A DNA stretch of 64,000 nucleotides. Source: an uncultured Nitrososphaerota archaeon. GTDB lineage: Archaea; Thermoproteota; Nitrososphaeria; Nitrososphaerales; Gagatemarchaeaceae. Positions 1-8,883 of this stretch are shown here, in pieces (the stretch's first letter is position 1; the number at the start of each line of letters is the position of its first letter). A program made the translations under genes and the position numbers. Location of the stretch: positions 1,792,001-1,856,000 of the forward strand of contig OY969807.1 of NCBI GenBank assembly GCA_963703285.1. Reading direction: 5' to 3'. The notes under the pieces were generated by a model. It was not told where the DNA came from, ran no database searches, and worked only from the letters and a program-made list of their open reading frames with translations.

Positions 1-1
1 G

Positions 2-373
2 ATGAGCAAGATGGTGACGCAGTCGAAGCTGGCTCTGGAGCAGATAGTGCTCAGGCTGAACACGGTCACCGAGCTCGGCGACGTGGTCCTCACTCTGGCC
101 CCCGCAACATCCATAGTCCGCAACCTCCGGGAGGGCCTGTCGGGTGTCATGCCGGAGGCGGAAGGAGAGATGAGCGAGATCTCCGGGCTCCTCAGCGGAA
201 TCCTCGTTGACGCCGGTTCCGTCACCGGCACTTCGCTGAACTTCGAGACCGCCAACGAGGAAGCCGAACGGGCGCTGGCGGAGGCCGCCGCTGTCGCGGA
301 AACCAGGATGAGCAAGTTCCCCGACATACCTCAAACGGTGGGGACCTCCGACCGAGAGATGGAGATGACCTAG
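2..373 (+). CDS. cdvB: ESCRT-III/Snf7-family cell division protein (CdvB-like), 5'-truncated by window edge
   Basis: Helical pattern LALEQIVLRLNTVTELGDVVLTLAPA...EAERALAEAAAVAE...KFPDIP typical of archaeal CdvB/Snf7 proteins. Confidence 0.8.
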   Translation: MSKMVTQSKLALEQIVLRLNTVTELGDVVLTLAPATSIVRNLREGLSGVMPEAEGEMSEISGLLSGILVDAGSVTGTSLNFETANEEAERALAEAAAVAETRMSKFPDIPQTVGTSDREMEMT

Positions 374-471
374 GGAGCGGAAGGACGCCCCTCAGGATCG
401 ACGACCACGCAGACGCTCGGGCCCGCTAGATGCTATAAACGACCCGCTACTCCTCGTGAACCAGAGGGAGA

Positions 472-1014
472 ATGAGTACCCCACCTAGGCAGGGCCACCC
501 GGTGCGGGACGGCGGATACTTGAGGGTCGCGATTTTCTCGAAGGAGAGGGAGCTTCCCAGGAAGGTCGCCTGGTTGACGGCGGGACGGGACGGAATCTCC
601 ATCGGCGTCGCCAGGGGCCCGGGGCGGGAGACTAGCTACAGCTATCGCACCAACGGCGGTTTCTACCGTTCCATCCCCTCGCAGACGCCGACCGGTCCCA
701 AGGCGGGGCAGGAGCTGGTAGCCATGCATCCCCCGCTCTCACAGATCAGAGGGCTGCTCCACCTGCTCTCGGTTGACAGCCCCGCCGGCGACAGGCTCGG
801 CAGATTCCCCTTCAAGAGGAGGTTCGAGTCGGTGTACGTCAGACCTCTCAACGGCAGGGCCGCCTTCAAGCTGGGGTTGCTCGAGCCCGGAGTCCCTCAG
901 GCCCTCGACACGATCAGGAAGGAAGAGCGCCACTTCCGGCTGATCACGAGGACAGAACCCTGGATGCTGCTCTGGAACTCGGCGGGGTTCGATACGCCAA
1001 GCGCGGTTCGGTAG
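472..1014 (+). CDS. hypothetical protein (180 aa)
   Basis: ATG ORF preceded by TATAAA at ~435; codon usage like its neighbours; no family recognised. Confidence 0.6.
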   Translation: MSTPPRQGHPVRDGGYLRVAIFSKERELPRKVAWLTAGRDGISIGVARGPGRETSYSYRTNGGFYRSIPSQTPTGPKAGQELVAMHPPLSQIRGLLHLLSVDSPAGDRLGRFPFKRRFESVYVRPLNGRAAFKLGLLEPGVPQALDTIRKEERHFRLITRTEPWMLLWNSAGFDTPSAVR

Positions 1015-1054
1015 GTTGTCGCGGCGCGCCCCCGGATATCCATCGAGTTCCGGA

Positions 1055-1100
1055 GAAAACATGAAACATTTACATGAAAACACCTGGAATCATTAAATAG
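1055..1100 (+). promoter_or_regulatory. AT-rich promoter with ACATGAAA direct repeat
   Basis: aaaacatgaaacatttacatgaaaaca followed by ttaaata ~25 nt before the 1123 start. Confidence 0.4.
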
Positions 1101-1122
1101 GCATCCGTACTCAGACCATCCA

Positions 1123-1824
1123 TTGTTCTGTCCCAAGTGCGGTGCTAAGAACGACGATAATGCTGCATTCTGCGCTTCTTGCGGGGCCAATCTCAAAACC
1201 AGCTCGAGTCCCACGGGCGCTTCCCCCCCGATGGCGCAGACGGGTCCCCAGGCTGGTGGCACATCCGGCAAGATCATGGGCGCACTCCAGGACGCCATCG
1301 CGCTCGTCAGGGACCCCAGGGCCTTCATGACCTCGAGGGCGACCGCGGCGCCCCCGATGCAATCGACGGTCATCAACTACGTGGCGATACTCGCGGCTAT
1401 ACCATTCTTCTTCACGCTCATCGGCAACCTGATCTTCCACAAGGGCCACGTCATCGTCTACTCCATCGTCTCCGGCATAGTGGCGTACATCTTCGCCCTC
1501 GCCAGCGTCCTGATAGTCTCATACGTTCTCTTCATGCTCGCTCCCAGATTCGCGTCGGCGGCCGACCTGAACAAGGCGACGAAGATGGTATCCTACGTCT
1601 ACACCCCGACCTTCCTGATAGCGGTACTCAACATCTACCCCCCGCTCCAGATCCTCTCCTTCCTCGCCCTCCTCTACGGGCTCTACATCCTGTGGATAGG
1701 CCTGCCCATCGTCCTCAACACCCCACCGGAGAAGAAGCTGATGTACGTGATAGCGACCCTCGTGGTCACCTTCATAGTGTACTTCATCTTGGCGCTCATC
1801 GCCGCGGGCCTCGCAAGGGCGTAG
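1123..1824 (+). CDS. zinc-ribbon + Yip1-family membrane protein
   Basis: N-terminal CPKCG...FCASCG ribbon followed by ~5 hydrophobic helices. Confidence 0.8.
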   Translation: MFCPKCGAKNDDNAAFCASCGANLKTSSSPTGASPPMAQTGPQAGGTSGKIMGALQDAIALVRDPRAFMTSRATAAPPMQSTVINYVAILAAIPFFFTLIGNLIFHKGHVIVYSIVSGIVAYIFALASVLIVSYVLFMLAPRFASAADLNKATKMVSYVYTPTFLIAVLNIYPPLQILSFLALLYGLYILWIGLPIVLNTPPEKKLMYVIATLVVTFIVYFILALIAAGLARA

Positions 1825-1851
1825 CCGCAACGCTAATCTGAGACCCGGGCG

Positions 1852-2388
1852 ATGTCTCGCGTCGCATTGGACGCGTACGAAGCGATAGCCACCAAGCTCG
1901 ACGTGCGGGAGTTCGCGCAGAAGCACGTCCCGGGCGAGACGAAGACGAAGATACTCGAGGCCGCCCGGCTCACGGGCTCCTCGATGAACACGCAGCACTG
2001 GCGTTTCATCCTAGTGCAGGACAGCTCGAACATCGCGAGGCTGGCATCCGGCAGCACAACGGGAGCGTGGATTGCGAAGGCAGACTTCGCGATTATCATC
2101 CTGACCGACCCGAAGGTGCCCGGTTACAAGATCGACGCAGGCCGGGTCCTGCAGGACATGGAGCTCGCGGCCTGGGACTTCGGGGTCGCATCCCGCCTCT
2201 TCACGGGGTTTAGGCAGGACGAGATTCGTAGGGACTTCGCGATACCACAGGAGCTCGAGATATCGGCGGCTCTGGGCTTCGGATACCCCGTCCGCAGAAT
2301 CAGGGGAAGGAAGAACAGGAAGCCCCTCGAGGAGCTCGTCTTCGCGGAGAGGTACGGGATCCGCTTCGCCCCCGCGGGGGTCGCCTAG
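1852..2388 (+). CDS. nitroreductase family protein
   Basis: ILEAARLTGSSMNTQHWRFILV, DAGRVLQDMELAAWDFG and LGFGYP motifs. Confidence 0.9.
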   Translation: MSRVALDAYEAIATKLDVREFAQKHVPGETKTKILEAARLTGSSMNTQHWRFILVQDSSNIARLASGSTTGAWIAKADFAIIILTDPKVPGYKIDAGRVLQDMELAAWDFGVASRLFTGFRQDEIRRDFAIPQELEISAALGFGYPVRRIRGRKNRKPLEELVFAERYGIRFAPAGVA

Positions 2389-2456
2389 CCCCATAAGATT
2401 CCCGGCGCTCTCGAGAAATCCAAATACGAGGTCGTGGAACGCCCGGAGCGGTTGAT

Positions 2457-3209
2457 ATGGAGCTTTCCGGAAAGACGGCGGTGGTGACCGGAGGAGGGTC
2501 GGGGATCGGAAGGGCGATATCGGAGCTCTTCGCAGCGGAGGGTGCCAGCGTCGTGGTCGCCGACGTCCACGACGGCGGGACGGCCGCCTCGATAACGAAG
2601 AACGGAGGGAAGGTGGCGTACGTCAAGACGGACGTGCGCGCCGAAGCCCAGGTGAAGAGGCTCGTAGCGCAGGCTCGGAAGAGGTTCGGCGGGATAGACA
2701 TCCTCTGCAACAGCGCCGGAATCGAGCTCCTCAAGCCGCTCAGCGAGACCTCCGAGGAGGAGTGGGACAGGGTCCTCGACACCAACCTGAAGGGGGTATT
2801 TCTGACCTCCAAACACGCCGTCCCGGAGATGCTCAAGAGGCGCGGAGGCGCGATAGTGAACATCGCGTCGCAGCTTGGCCTCGTGGGCCTCGAGAACTTC
2901 ACGGCCTACTGTGCGTCGAAGGGAGGCGTCGTGCTTCTGACGAGGGCGATGGCCCTCGAATATGCCAGCCGGAACATCAGGGTCAACTGCATCTGCCCAG
3001 GCCCCGTCCAGACGCCCATGCTCGAGAGGGAGATCAGGACCGAGGCCGACCCGGACGCCGCGAGGAAGGCGTGGGCTCGGAGGCAGCCGGTCGGCAGGCT
3101 GGGCCTCCCCCAAGAGATAGCGCAGGCCGCTCTCTACCTGGCCTCCGAGAGGTCTTCCTTTGTGGTCGGACACGCGCTCGTGGTCGACGGTGGGTACACC
3201 CTGGGCTGA
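2457..3209 (+). CDS. short-chain dehydrogenase/reductase
   Basis: TGGGSGIG, NSAG, YCASKGG (YxxxK) and VDGG motifs. Confidence 0.95.
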   Translation: MELSGKTAVVTGGGSGIGRAISELFAAEGASVVVADVHDGGTAASITKNGGKVAYVKTDVRAEAQVKRLVAQARKRFGGIDILCNSAGIELLKPLSETSEEEWDRVLDTNLKGVFLTSKHAVPEMLKRRGGAIVNIASQLGLVGLENFTAYCASKGGVVLLTRAMALEYASRNIRVNCICPGPVQTPMLEREIRTEADPDAARKAWARRQPVGRLGLPQEIAQAALYLASERSSFVVGHALVVDGGYTLG

Positions 3210-3221
3210 ACGAGAGATTCG

Positions 3222-4079
3222 CTATCTCGGGCTTCCGGCGTCCAGCAGCGCCTGACCCGCCCCCGAGGACTGGCCCAGCCTCTGGTCGATGGCCCTCGTC
3301 ACGCGCGACTGCAGCGACCTCTGCTCCTCGCTCGCGATTCCGAGGAGCTCCATCTCTTTGAGCGCGCTCTCGACAGCGTGGCCGAACGGGTGGTTGTTGT
3401 GGTACCCGTAGACCTTCTTGACCTTCGCGGCCACCTGCTTCACCTTGGGCACCCACGCCTCGAGCTCGCCGTCGGTGTACCTGTAGTTGTACCAAGGCCG
3501 GGCCCCCCGGCCGTGCCAGCGGATGAACGAGAAGTCGGCCGTCACGACGGGGTCAGGGGGGAGCAGGGGCTCGTCGACCACCGTGTACGCGACGTTGTGC
3601 CCCCTCAAGAGGTCCCAGGTCTCGGGGCGGAACCAGGACAGGTTCCTGAACTCCACGGCGAACCTGAGGTCGGACGGCAGGACCCCGAGGAACCCGGTCA
3701 GGGACCCCAGGTCCCTCTCGTAGGAGAAGCTGGGGGGCAGCTGGATGAGAAGGGCCCCGAGCTTGCCTGCGTCCTCCAGCGGCCTCATCACGTGCAGGAA
3801 CCGCATCAGGTCCTGCTGGACCCCCTTCCCGACGTCCAGCTTCTTGTCGTGGGTGATGAGCTTCGGGAGCTTCGCAGAGAATACGAAGTCCTCGGGCGTG
3901 ACGCTCGCAAATCCCTCGACCATCGCCTTCGCGGGGTAGGCGTAGTACGTCGAGTCTATCTCGACGGTCTTGAAGTACCTCGAGTAGTAGGTGAGCTTCC
4001 GCTTCTCGCCCTTGGGATAGAGGACGCCCTCCCACTCCTTGTAGGACCACCCCGAGGTCCCCACGTCGACGTTGGACAA
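3222..4079 (-). CDS. DUF72 (YecE-like TIM-barrel) protein, copy 1
   Basis: VGTSGWSY, VEIDSTYY, QLPPSF, AVEFRN, IRWHG, YHNNH; TTG start at 4079 lies ~28 nt after a TTTAA box. Confidence 0.9.
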   Translation of the reverse strand: MSNVDVGTSGWSYKEWEGVLYPKGEKRKLTYYSRYFKTVEIDSTYYAYPAKAMVEGFASVTPEDFVFSAKLPKLITHDKKLDVGKGVQQDLMRFLHVMRPLEDAGKLGALLIQLPPSFSYERDLGSLTGFLGVLPSDLRFAVEFRNLSWFRPETWDLLRGHNVAYTVVDEPLLPPDPVVTADFSFIRWHGRGARPWYNYRYTDGELEAWVPKVKQVAAKVKKVYGYHNNHPFGHAVESALKEMELLGIASEEQRSLQSRVTRAIDQRLGQSSGAGQALLDAGSPR

Positions 4080-4204
4080 CCTTCGGGTCGGGACGCCCCG
4101 CTGCGATTTAAGCCGTTGGGGTTCACTTTCAGCCACCCCTCCCGAGAGACCCGCGGAGGCTCTAGCGCCCTCGTTATTAGCCCGGAGCGGCAGCGAACGG
4201 ACAG

Positions 4205-4939
4205 ATGCCAGCGAGCACCCTCCAGCTTCCCAGCAGACCGACCTTCGCCACGGCCCGCTCTCTCATGGGCCTGACCTCCGGGGTCGCTCCGGTCGACTCC
4301 CTCGTCGGCGGGCTCAAACCTGACACGGTGGCGCTGATCACGGGTTCGGGCATCCGACTTCGGGCCGCGGAGTCTTACTGCGTCCGAGCACAACTCCCGC
4401 CCGCCAGGGGCGGCCTCGACGGGAGCGCATTCTTCATCGATGGAGGGAACAGCTTCGACATCTACCTCTTCGCCGAACTGGTGCACAGATGCAAGCTCGC
4501 TTACTCCATGGCGCTCGACCGCCAGCTGCTCTCGCGCGCCTTCACGATCTACGAGCTCCGCTCCCTGATCGAGGACTCGGCGGCCGTCTTCGCGACGCGG
4601 AAGCCGAAGCTCCTCGTAGTCTCAGAGGTCTTCTCGCTCTTCAACGAGGACGTGGAGAAGGCCGAGGCCAGGAGGGTCGTCCAGGAGATTGCGTCGTCGG
4701 TCACGGAGGTCAGCAAGCGCGAAGAGGTCCCGATACTCATGACGTCGGCTACCCGGCCCGAGCCCCTCGCCTCCATCCTCGAAGAGCGCTGCAACACCTC
4801 TGCCGAGATAACCGAAGATGGGCGCAGCGTCAGGTCGCGCCTGTTCAAGCACCCCTGGAAGGGTCCGACGGAGGCGCTGGGAGAGGCCGGTCCCGGCAGC
4901 TACAACCAGGCCACCCTCGAGGCGGAGCTCGATGGGTAG
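4205..4939 (+). CDS. RadA/RecA-like protein with degenerate Walker A (PolB2-associated)
   Basis: TSGVAPVDSLVGGL, GGLDGSAFFIDGGNSFD and SRAFTIYEL resemble RadA; no GKT; first gene of the polB2 cassette. Confidence 0.8.
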   Translation: MPASTLQLPSRPTFATARSLMGLTSGVAPVDSLVGGLKPDTVALITGSGIRLRAAESYCVRAQLPPARGGLDGSAFFIDGGNSFDIYLFAELVHRCKLAYSMALDRQLLSRAFTIYELRSLIEDSAAVFATRKPKLLVVSEVFSLFNEDVEKAEARRVVQEIASSVTEVSKREEVPILMTSATRPEPLASILEERCNTSAEITEDGRSVRSRLFKHPWKGPTEALGEAGPGSYNQATLEAELDG

Positions 4940-5204
4940 GACCATCCCGTCTTTCCGGATAGCCCTGGAACAGGAGGTGGCCAGCTGGTCGCGGTACAGG
5001 CTCTCCCTGGGGGCGGGGTCGAAGAAGGCGCTCGATGCGATGCTCAACGGGGCGAGGACGTATTGCTCCGCGTCGTCGAACGCCGTCCGCCCGGTGAGGT
5101 TCGAGGGGATGTTCATGGCGGTGGCGTTCGACCACGCTAGGCGGCTCGAGGACCTCTCGGCCGAGATGGAGAAGCTCAGGCTGGAGATGCGCGATGGCGG
5201 CTGA
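4932..5204 (+). CDS. small PolB2-associated helical protein (arCOG07300-like), copy 1
   Basis: MGRTIPSFR...W..YR..L signature; ATG overlaps the stop of the RadA-like gene. Confidence 0.75.
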   Translation: MGRTIPSFRIALEQEVASWSRYRLSLGAGSKKALDAMLNGARTYCSASSNAVRPVRFEGMFMAVAFDHARRLEDLSAEMEKLRLEMRDGG

Positions 5205-5481
5205 AGAGAGGGTCAGCGTCAGGCTCCTCAGGGAGGAGCTGGAGAGCTGGAGGCCGTTCATCGAGGCGCTGAGGCTCGAGGACAGGAAGGTCGCCCGGGA
5301 GATGATGGAGTCCTGCTGGAGGTACGCCGAGGCCATCGAGCAGTCCGGCAAGGACTACCTGACCGAGCCGTTCTTCCTCACGCTCCTCCTCGCGCAGGAG
5401 AGGCGCCTCCGGGGGTTCGAGGCCGAGCTCGAGAGGCTGAGGGGCGAGGTCGAGGCGTGGAAGTCGAAGGCTGGCTCCTAG
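5194..5481 (+). CDS. small PolB2-associated helical protein, copy 2 (divergent paralog)
   Basis: SWRPFIEALRLED pattern parallels SWSRYRLSL of the preceding gene; overlaps both neighbours. Confidence 0.65.
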   Translation: MAAEERVSVRLLREELESWRPFIEALRLEDRKVAREMMESCWRYAEAIEQSGKDYLTEPFFLTLLLAQERRLRGFEAELERLRGEVEAWKSKAGS

Positions 5482-8261
5482 ACCTCTATCCCGGCAGGGA
5501 CGGGGAGATGGTCGCGTGGATCAAGAAGGACGACGGTACGGTGGTCCGCCTTACGGACAGATGGCGCAACGCGATATACGTCTCCTCCTCCGCCGAGGGG
5601 CTGGAGACCCTCGCCGAGTGGGCCGTCCACCAGTACCCGGTCCACTCCTGCGAGTACGTGAACAGGCGCGTCAACGTCTACGATTACGCGAAGCGCCCGG
5701 TCCTCAAGCTCACGCTCAGGAACGCCGACCGGGCGGAGAGGCTCGCGAAGGAGATCGAGCAGCTCGACGCACCGTCCCCCCTGCGCATCTTCAACGCCGA
5801 CCTCATGCCCGCGCAGACCTACTTCTTCGAGAAGGAGCTGTTCCCTCTCGCCAGGGTCGCGGCGGGGCAGGAGGGCGCCTGCATCAGGTGGAGGCTGCTC
5901 GACTCGGTGATGTCGGAGGACTACCGGGTCCCTCCGCTGAGGAAGGCCTCGATTGAGGTCAACGTGGACGCGTCGGGCCGCATCCCGAAGCTCTCGGACC
6001 CGATCGGGTCCATAACGGTGAAGAGCGGCGAGACCACCGTTGAGATAGGGGAGGGGGACGAGCGTGCCAAGATCCTCTCGCTCGTGGACACCGTTCGGTC
6101 GCTGGACCCGGACATAATCTTCTTCGACCGCGGCGACGACTTCACCACGCACTACCTCGCCGAGAGGGCCTGGGCCAACGGCGTCTCCGACAAGCTCGTC
6201 CTCTCCCGGGACAGGGAGCCGCTGAGGAGACTCACGAAGAGGGGCACGTCGTACATGGCCTACGGCAGGGTCCTCCACACGCCCACCTCCCACAAGCTCT
6301 ACGGGCGGATCAACCTCGACGCCGAGAACTACTTCGTCTTCTCCGAGTGCGGCCTGGACGGCCTCTTCGAGATAGCCAGGCTGTGCCGGATGCCGCTCCA
6401 CAAGGGGAGCCGCGCGTCCATAGGCAAGTGCCTCAGCAGCCTCCAGGCGTACGTCGCCTTCAAGGACGAGCTGCTGATTCCTTGGAAGCCGAACCGGGCG
6501 GAGATACCGAAGACCGCGGCGACGCTCCTGGTCGGGGACCGCGGCGGTTTCATCTACGAGCCGAGGGTCGGGATTCACGAGAACGTCGGGGAAATTGACT
6601 TTACCTCGCTGTTCCCCTTCATCATGACCAAGTACAACATCAGCGCCGAGACCGTCCTCTGCTGGTGCTGCCCGGACTCGAAGACGAGGGTGCCCGACGT
6701 CGGCTACCACACGTGCGAGAAGAGGAGGGGCGTCATACCGCAGAGCCTCGAGCCCATCCTGACCAAAAGGGTCAGCTACAAGCTTAAATGGAAGAAAGAG
6801 AAGGATTCCGAGCTCAAAAGAGTCTATACGTCAAGGGTGGACGCTTTGAAGGGCATCCTAGTTTGTAGTTTTGGTTATCTAAGTTTTAGAAACGCAAAGT
6901 TCGGTCTGATTGACTGTCACATCGCAGTCTGCGCCTACGCACGGCAAATCCTCCTTGAAACGGCCAGGATAGCAGAGATGAGAGGCTTCGAGGTCGTCCA
7001 TGGCATAGTCGACTCGCTCTGGCTGAAGAAGGATGGGGCCACCCAGGACGACTTCGAGGAGCTGCGCCGGGAGATCCAGTCCGCGACGGGCCTCCCGATC
7101 TCGTTCGACGGCATCTACAGGTGGGTCGCCTTCCTCCCGAGCAGGATGCACGAGGACGTCCCGGTCCTCAACCGCTACTTCGGGATATTCGAGGACGGGT
7201 CGATGAAGGTTAGGGGCATCGAGCTCAGGAGGAGGGACGCGATAAAGGTCGTCACAGACTGCCAGGACGAGATGCTGCAGCTGCTCGCGCAGGCCAAGAC
7301 GCTCGCCGAGGCGAGGCTGCTGGTCCCCGACGCGATCCAGGTGGTGAAGGGCTACGCCGGGAGGATACGGCGCAGGGAGGTAGCGGTCACCGACCTCGTG
7401 ATACTGAACTCTCTCTCGAAGGACCACGACCAGTACGACAGCAGCCTGGTCCAGGTCTCCGCCATCAGGCAGCTGGCCGACGAGGGACTGGAGCTGATGG
7501 CCGGGCAGTCGGTCTCCTACGTCATCACGGACTACAGGTCAAGGTTCCAGAGCGAGAGGGTGCGCCCCGTCGAGCTGCTCGACCCCAACACAAGATACGA
7601 CGCCGACCGCTACGTCGAGCTGCTGCTGCGGGGAGCCTCGGCTATCCTGCAACCGTTCGGCATCGACGAAGAGTCGCTAAGGGACGCGGTCGCCGGCACG
7701 GGTTCCCAGGCGAGGCTCTTCGAGACCACCCTAGGACCGGCGGGCACCGAAACTCCGGAGGGGCCGGACGCGCCAACCAGCTCAGGTACGAGGAAGCACC
7801 TCGCGGCCGAAGTAGTCGATGACCTGCAGTTGGTTCGGCGACGCCACGTGCACCACGACGCGGGTCGCACCCAGCCTGCCGAGTTCCCGGATCGCGCTCC
7901 TGTGGACCTCGGCGTCCCTGCTCACCGTCCATTCGGCGAGGACCCTCTCCAAGGGGACCTCCCTCTCTGCGCGCGCCTGTATCTCCACCGGGCTGACGTT
8001 GTCGACGTAGCCCGACTCCCACCCCTTCGGGGAGAACCTCCACTTGTTCGCCCCATCGCGGGCCTCCTCCTCCCCCCGACGATCGCCCAGTGCTCCACCA
8101 CGACCTGCAGCGCGGACGGGTCCCTCCCCGACTCGCGCACCCCCTCTTCCCAGGCGGCCTTGAGCCCCGGGTTGGACCTCAGGGAGCCGGCTCCCATGAT
8201 AAGGCCATCGCCGTGGAGCCCGGCCAGGCGGGCGCTCCTCGGTCCCCCGGCAGCGATGTAG
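5457..8261 (+). CDS. polB2: DNA polymerase B2 (Dpo2-like); true end probably ~7734
   Basis: Motif A DFTSLFP, motif B KGILVCSFGY, altered motif C HGIVDS, degenerate exonuclease region. The extension past QARLFETT overlaps an antisense gene, and a TAG sits one base out of frame at 7732-7734. Confidence 0.9.
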   Translation: MEVEGWLLDLYPGRDGEMVAWIKKDDGTVVRLTDRWRNAIYVSSSAEGLETLAEWAVHQYPVHSCEYVNRRVNVYDYAKRPVLKLTLRNADRAERLAKEIEQLDAPSPLRIFNADLMPAQTYFFEKELFPLARVAAGQEGACIRWRLLDSVMSEDYRVPPLRKASIEVNVDASGRIPKLSDPIGSITVKSGETTVEIGEGDERAKILSLVDTVRSLDPDIIFFDRGDDFTTHYLAERAWANGVSDKLVLSRDREPLRRLTKRGTSYMAYGRVLHTPTSHKLYGRINLDAENYFVFSECGLDGLFEIARLCRMPLHKGSRASIGKCLSSLQAYVAFKDELLIPWKPNRAEIPKTAATLLVGDRGGFIYEPRVGIHENVGEIDFTSLFPFIMTKYNISAETVLCWCCPDSKTRVPDVGYHTCEKRRGVIPQSLEPILTKRVSYKLKWKKEKDSELKRVYTSRVDALKGILVCSFGYLSFRNAKFGLIDCHIAVCAYARQILLETARIAEMRGFEVVHGIVDSLWLKKDGATQDDFEELRREIQSATGLPISFDGIYRWVAFLPSRMHEDVPVLNRYFGIFEDGSMKVRGIELRRRDAIKVVTDCQDEMLQLLAQAKTLAEARLLVPDAIQVVKGYAGRIRRREVAVTDLVILNSLSKDHDQYDSSLVQVSAIRQLADEGLELMAGQSVSYVITDYRSRFQSERVRPVELLDPNTRYDADRYVELLLRGASAILQPFGIDEESLRDAVAGTGSQARLFETTLGPAGTETPEGPDAPTSSGTRKHLAAEVVDDLQLVRRRHVHHDAGRTQPAEFPDRAPVDLGVPAHRPFGEDPLQGDLPLCARLYLHRADVVDVARLPPLRGEPPLVRPIAGLLLPPTIAQCSTTTCSADGSLPDSRTPSSQAALSPGLDLREPAPMIRPSPWSPARRALLGPPAAM

Positions 8262-8806
8262 AGGGGTATCGGGGAGGCGGGAGGGTCGTACAGCTTCCCT
8301 TCCACGTTCCAGAACTGCCCCTGGATCCGGACGTGCTCCCCCGTCCAAAGGGCGCGGATTATCTTCACAGCCTCGACCAGCCTGGCGGCCCGTTCCTCGT
8401 ACGCCGCCCATCCACCACCCGCCGCTCCTTCGTTCAACCTCTCCCCGGAGCCAAGGCCCAGGAAAATCCGGCCCGGCGCCAGCTGGCTGAGGGAGGCCCA
8501 GGCCTGGGCGACGACCGCCGGCCGGTACCTGAAGGTCGGACACGTCACGCCCGTCCCCAGAACCACGCGGGAGGTGCGCTGCGTCAGCGCCGCAAGGGTC
8601 ACCCAGGCCGACCCGGAATGCCCCTCGTTGGCCTGCCACGGCTGGAAGTGGTCGCTCGACCAGACACCTTGGAACCCGGCCAGCTCGGCGGCGTGCCCGT
8701 ACTCCACGAGCTCCGCGACGGGAAACTGCTCGCTCGAGAGCACGTAGTAGACCTCCGGCCCGGGTCCCCCCGATTCCATCTCAGGCCTGCTCGTCTCTAC
8801 CATCAT
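7782..8806 (-). CDS. F420-dependent LLM-class oxidoreductase (G6PDH-like), frameshifted at ~8072-8077
   Basis: SSEQF, SDHFQPW, GTGVTCP and LGLGSGERLNE in one frame; C-terminus (VVVHVASPNQ..IDYFGREVLP) in another frame; the switch falls in a 6-nt G run. Confidence 0.85.
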
Positions 8807-8883
8807 GCGCTGCTTCTTCTCTGAATATCCTCCCGGCGCTTAAAAAGCAGACTGGAGAATTTTACCGTCGAGTCGGCCGAAGG

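Noticed and set aside
4124-4132. ACTTTC resembling the Sulfolobus ANTTTC damage-responsive element
   Set aside because: Too short, and not found at a consistent position upstream of the other repair genes.
5478-6710. Long antisense or alternate-frame ORFs (e.g. 5478-6710, 19803-21251, 25216-26370, 41800-42888, 53482-54615)
   Set aside because: These are shadow ORFs expected in high-GC DNA opposite well-supported genes.
7735-8261. Apparent ~175-aa C-terminal extension of PolB2
   Set aside because: It overlaps the antisense LLM gene, looks like shadow-frame sequence, and vanishes if one C is removed before the TAG at 7732-7734.
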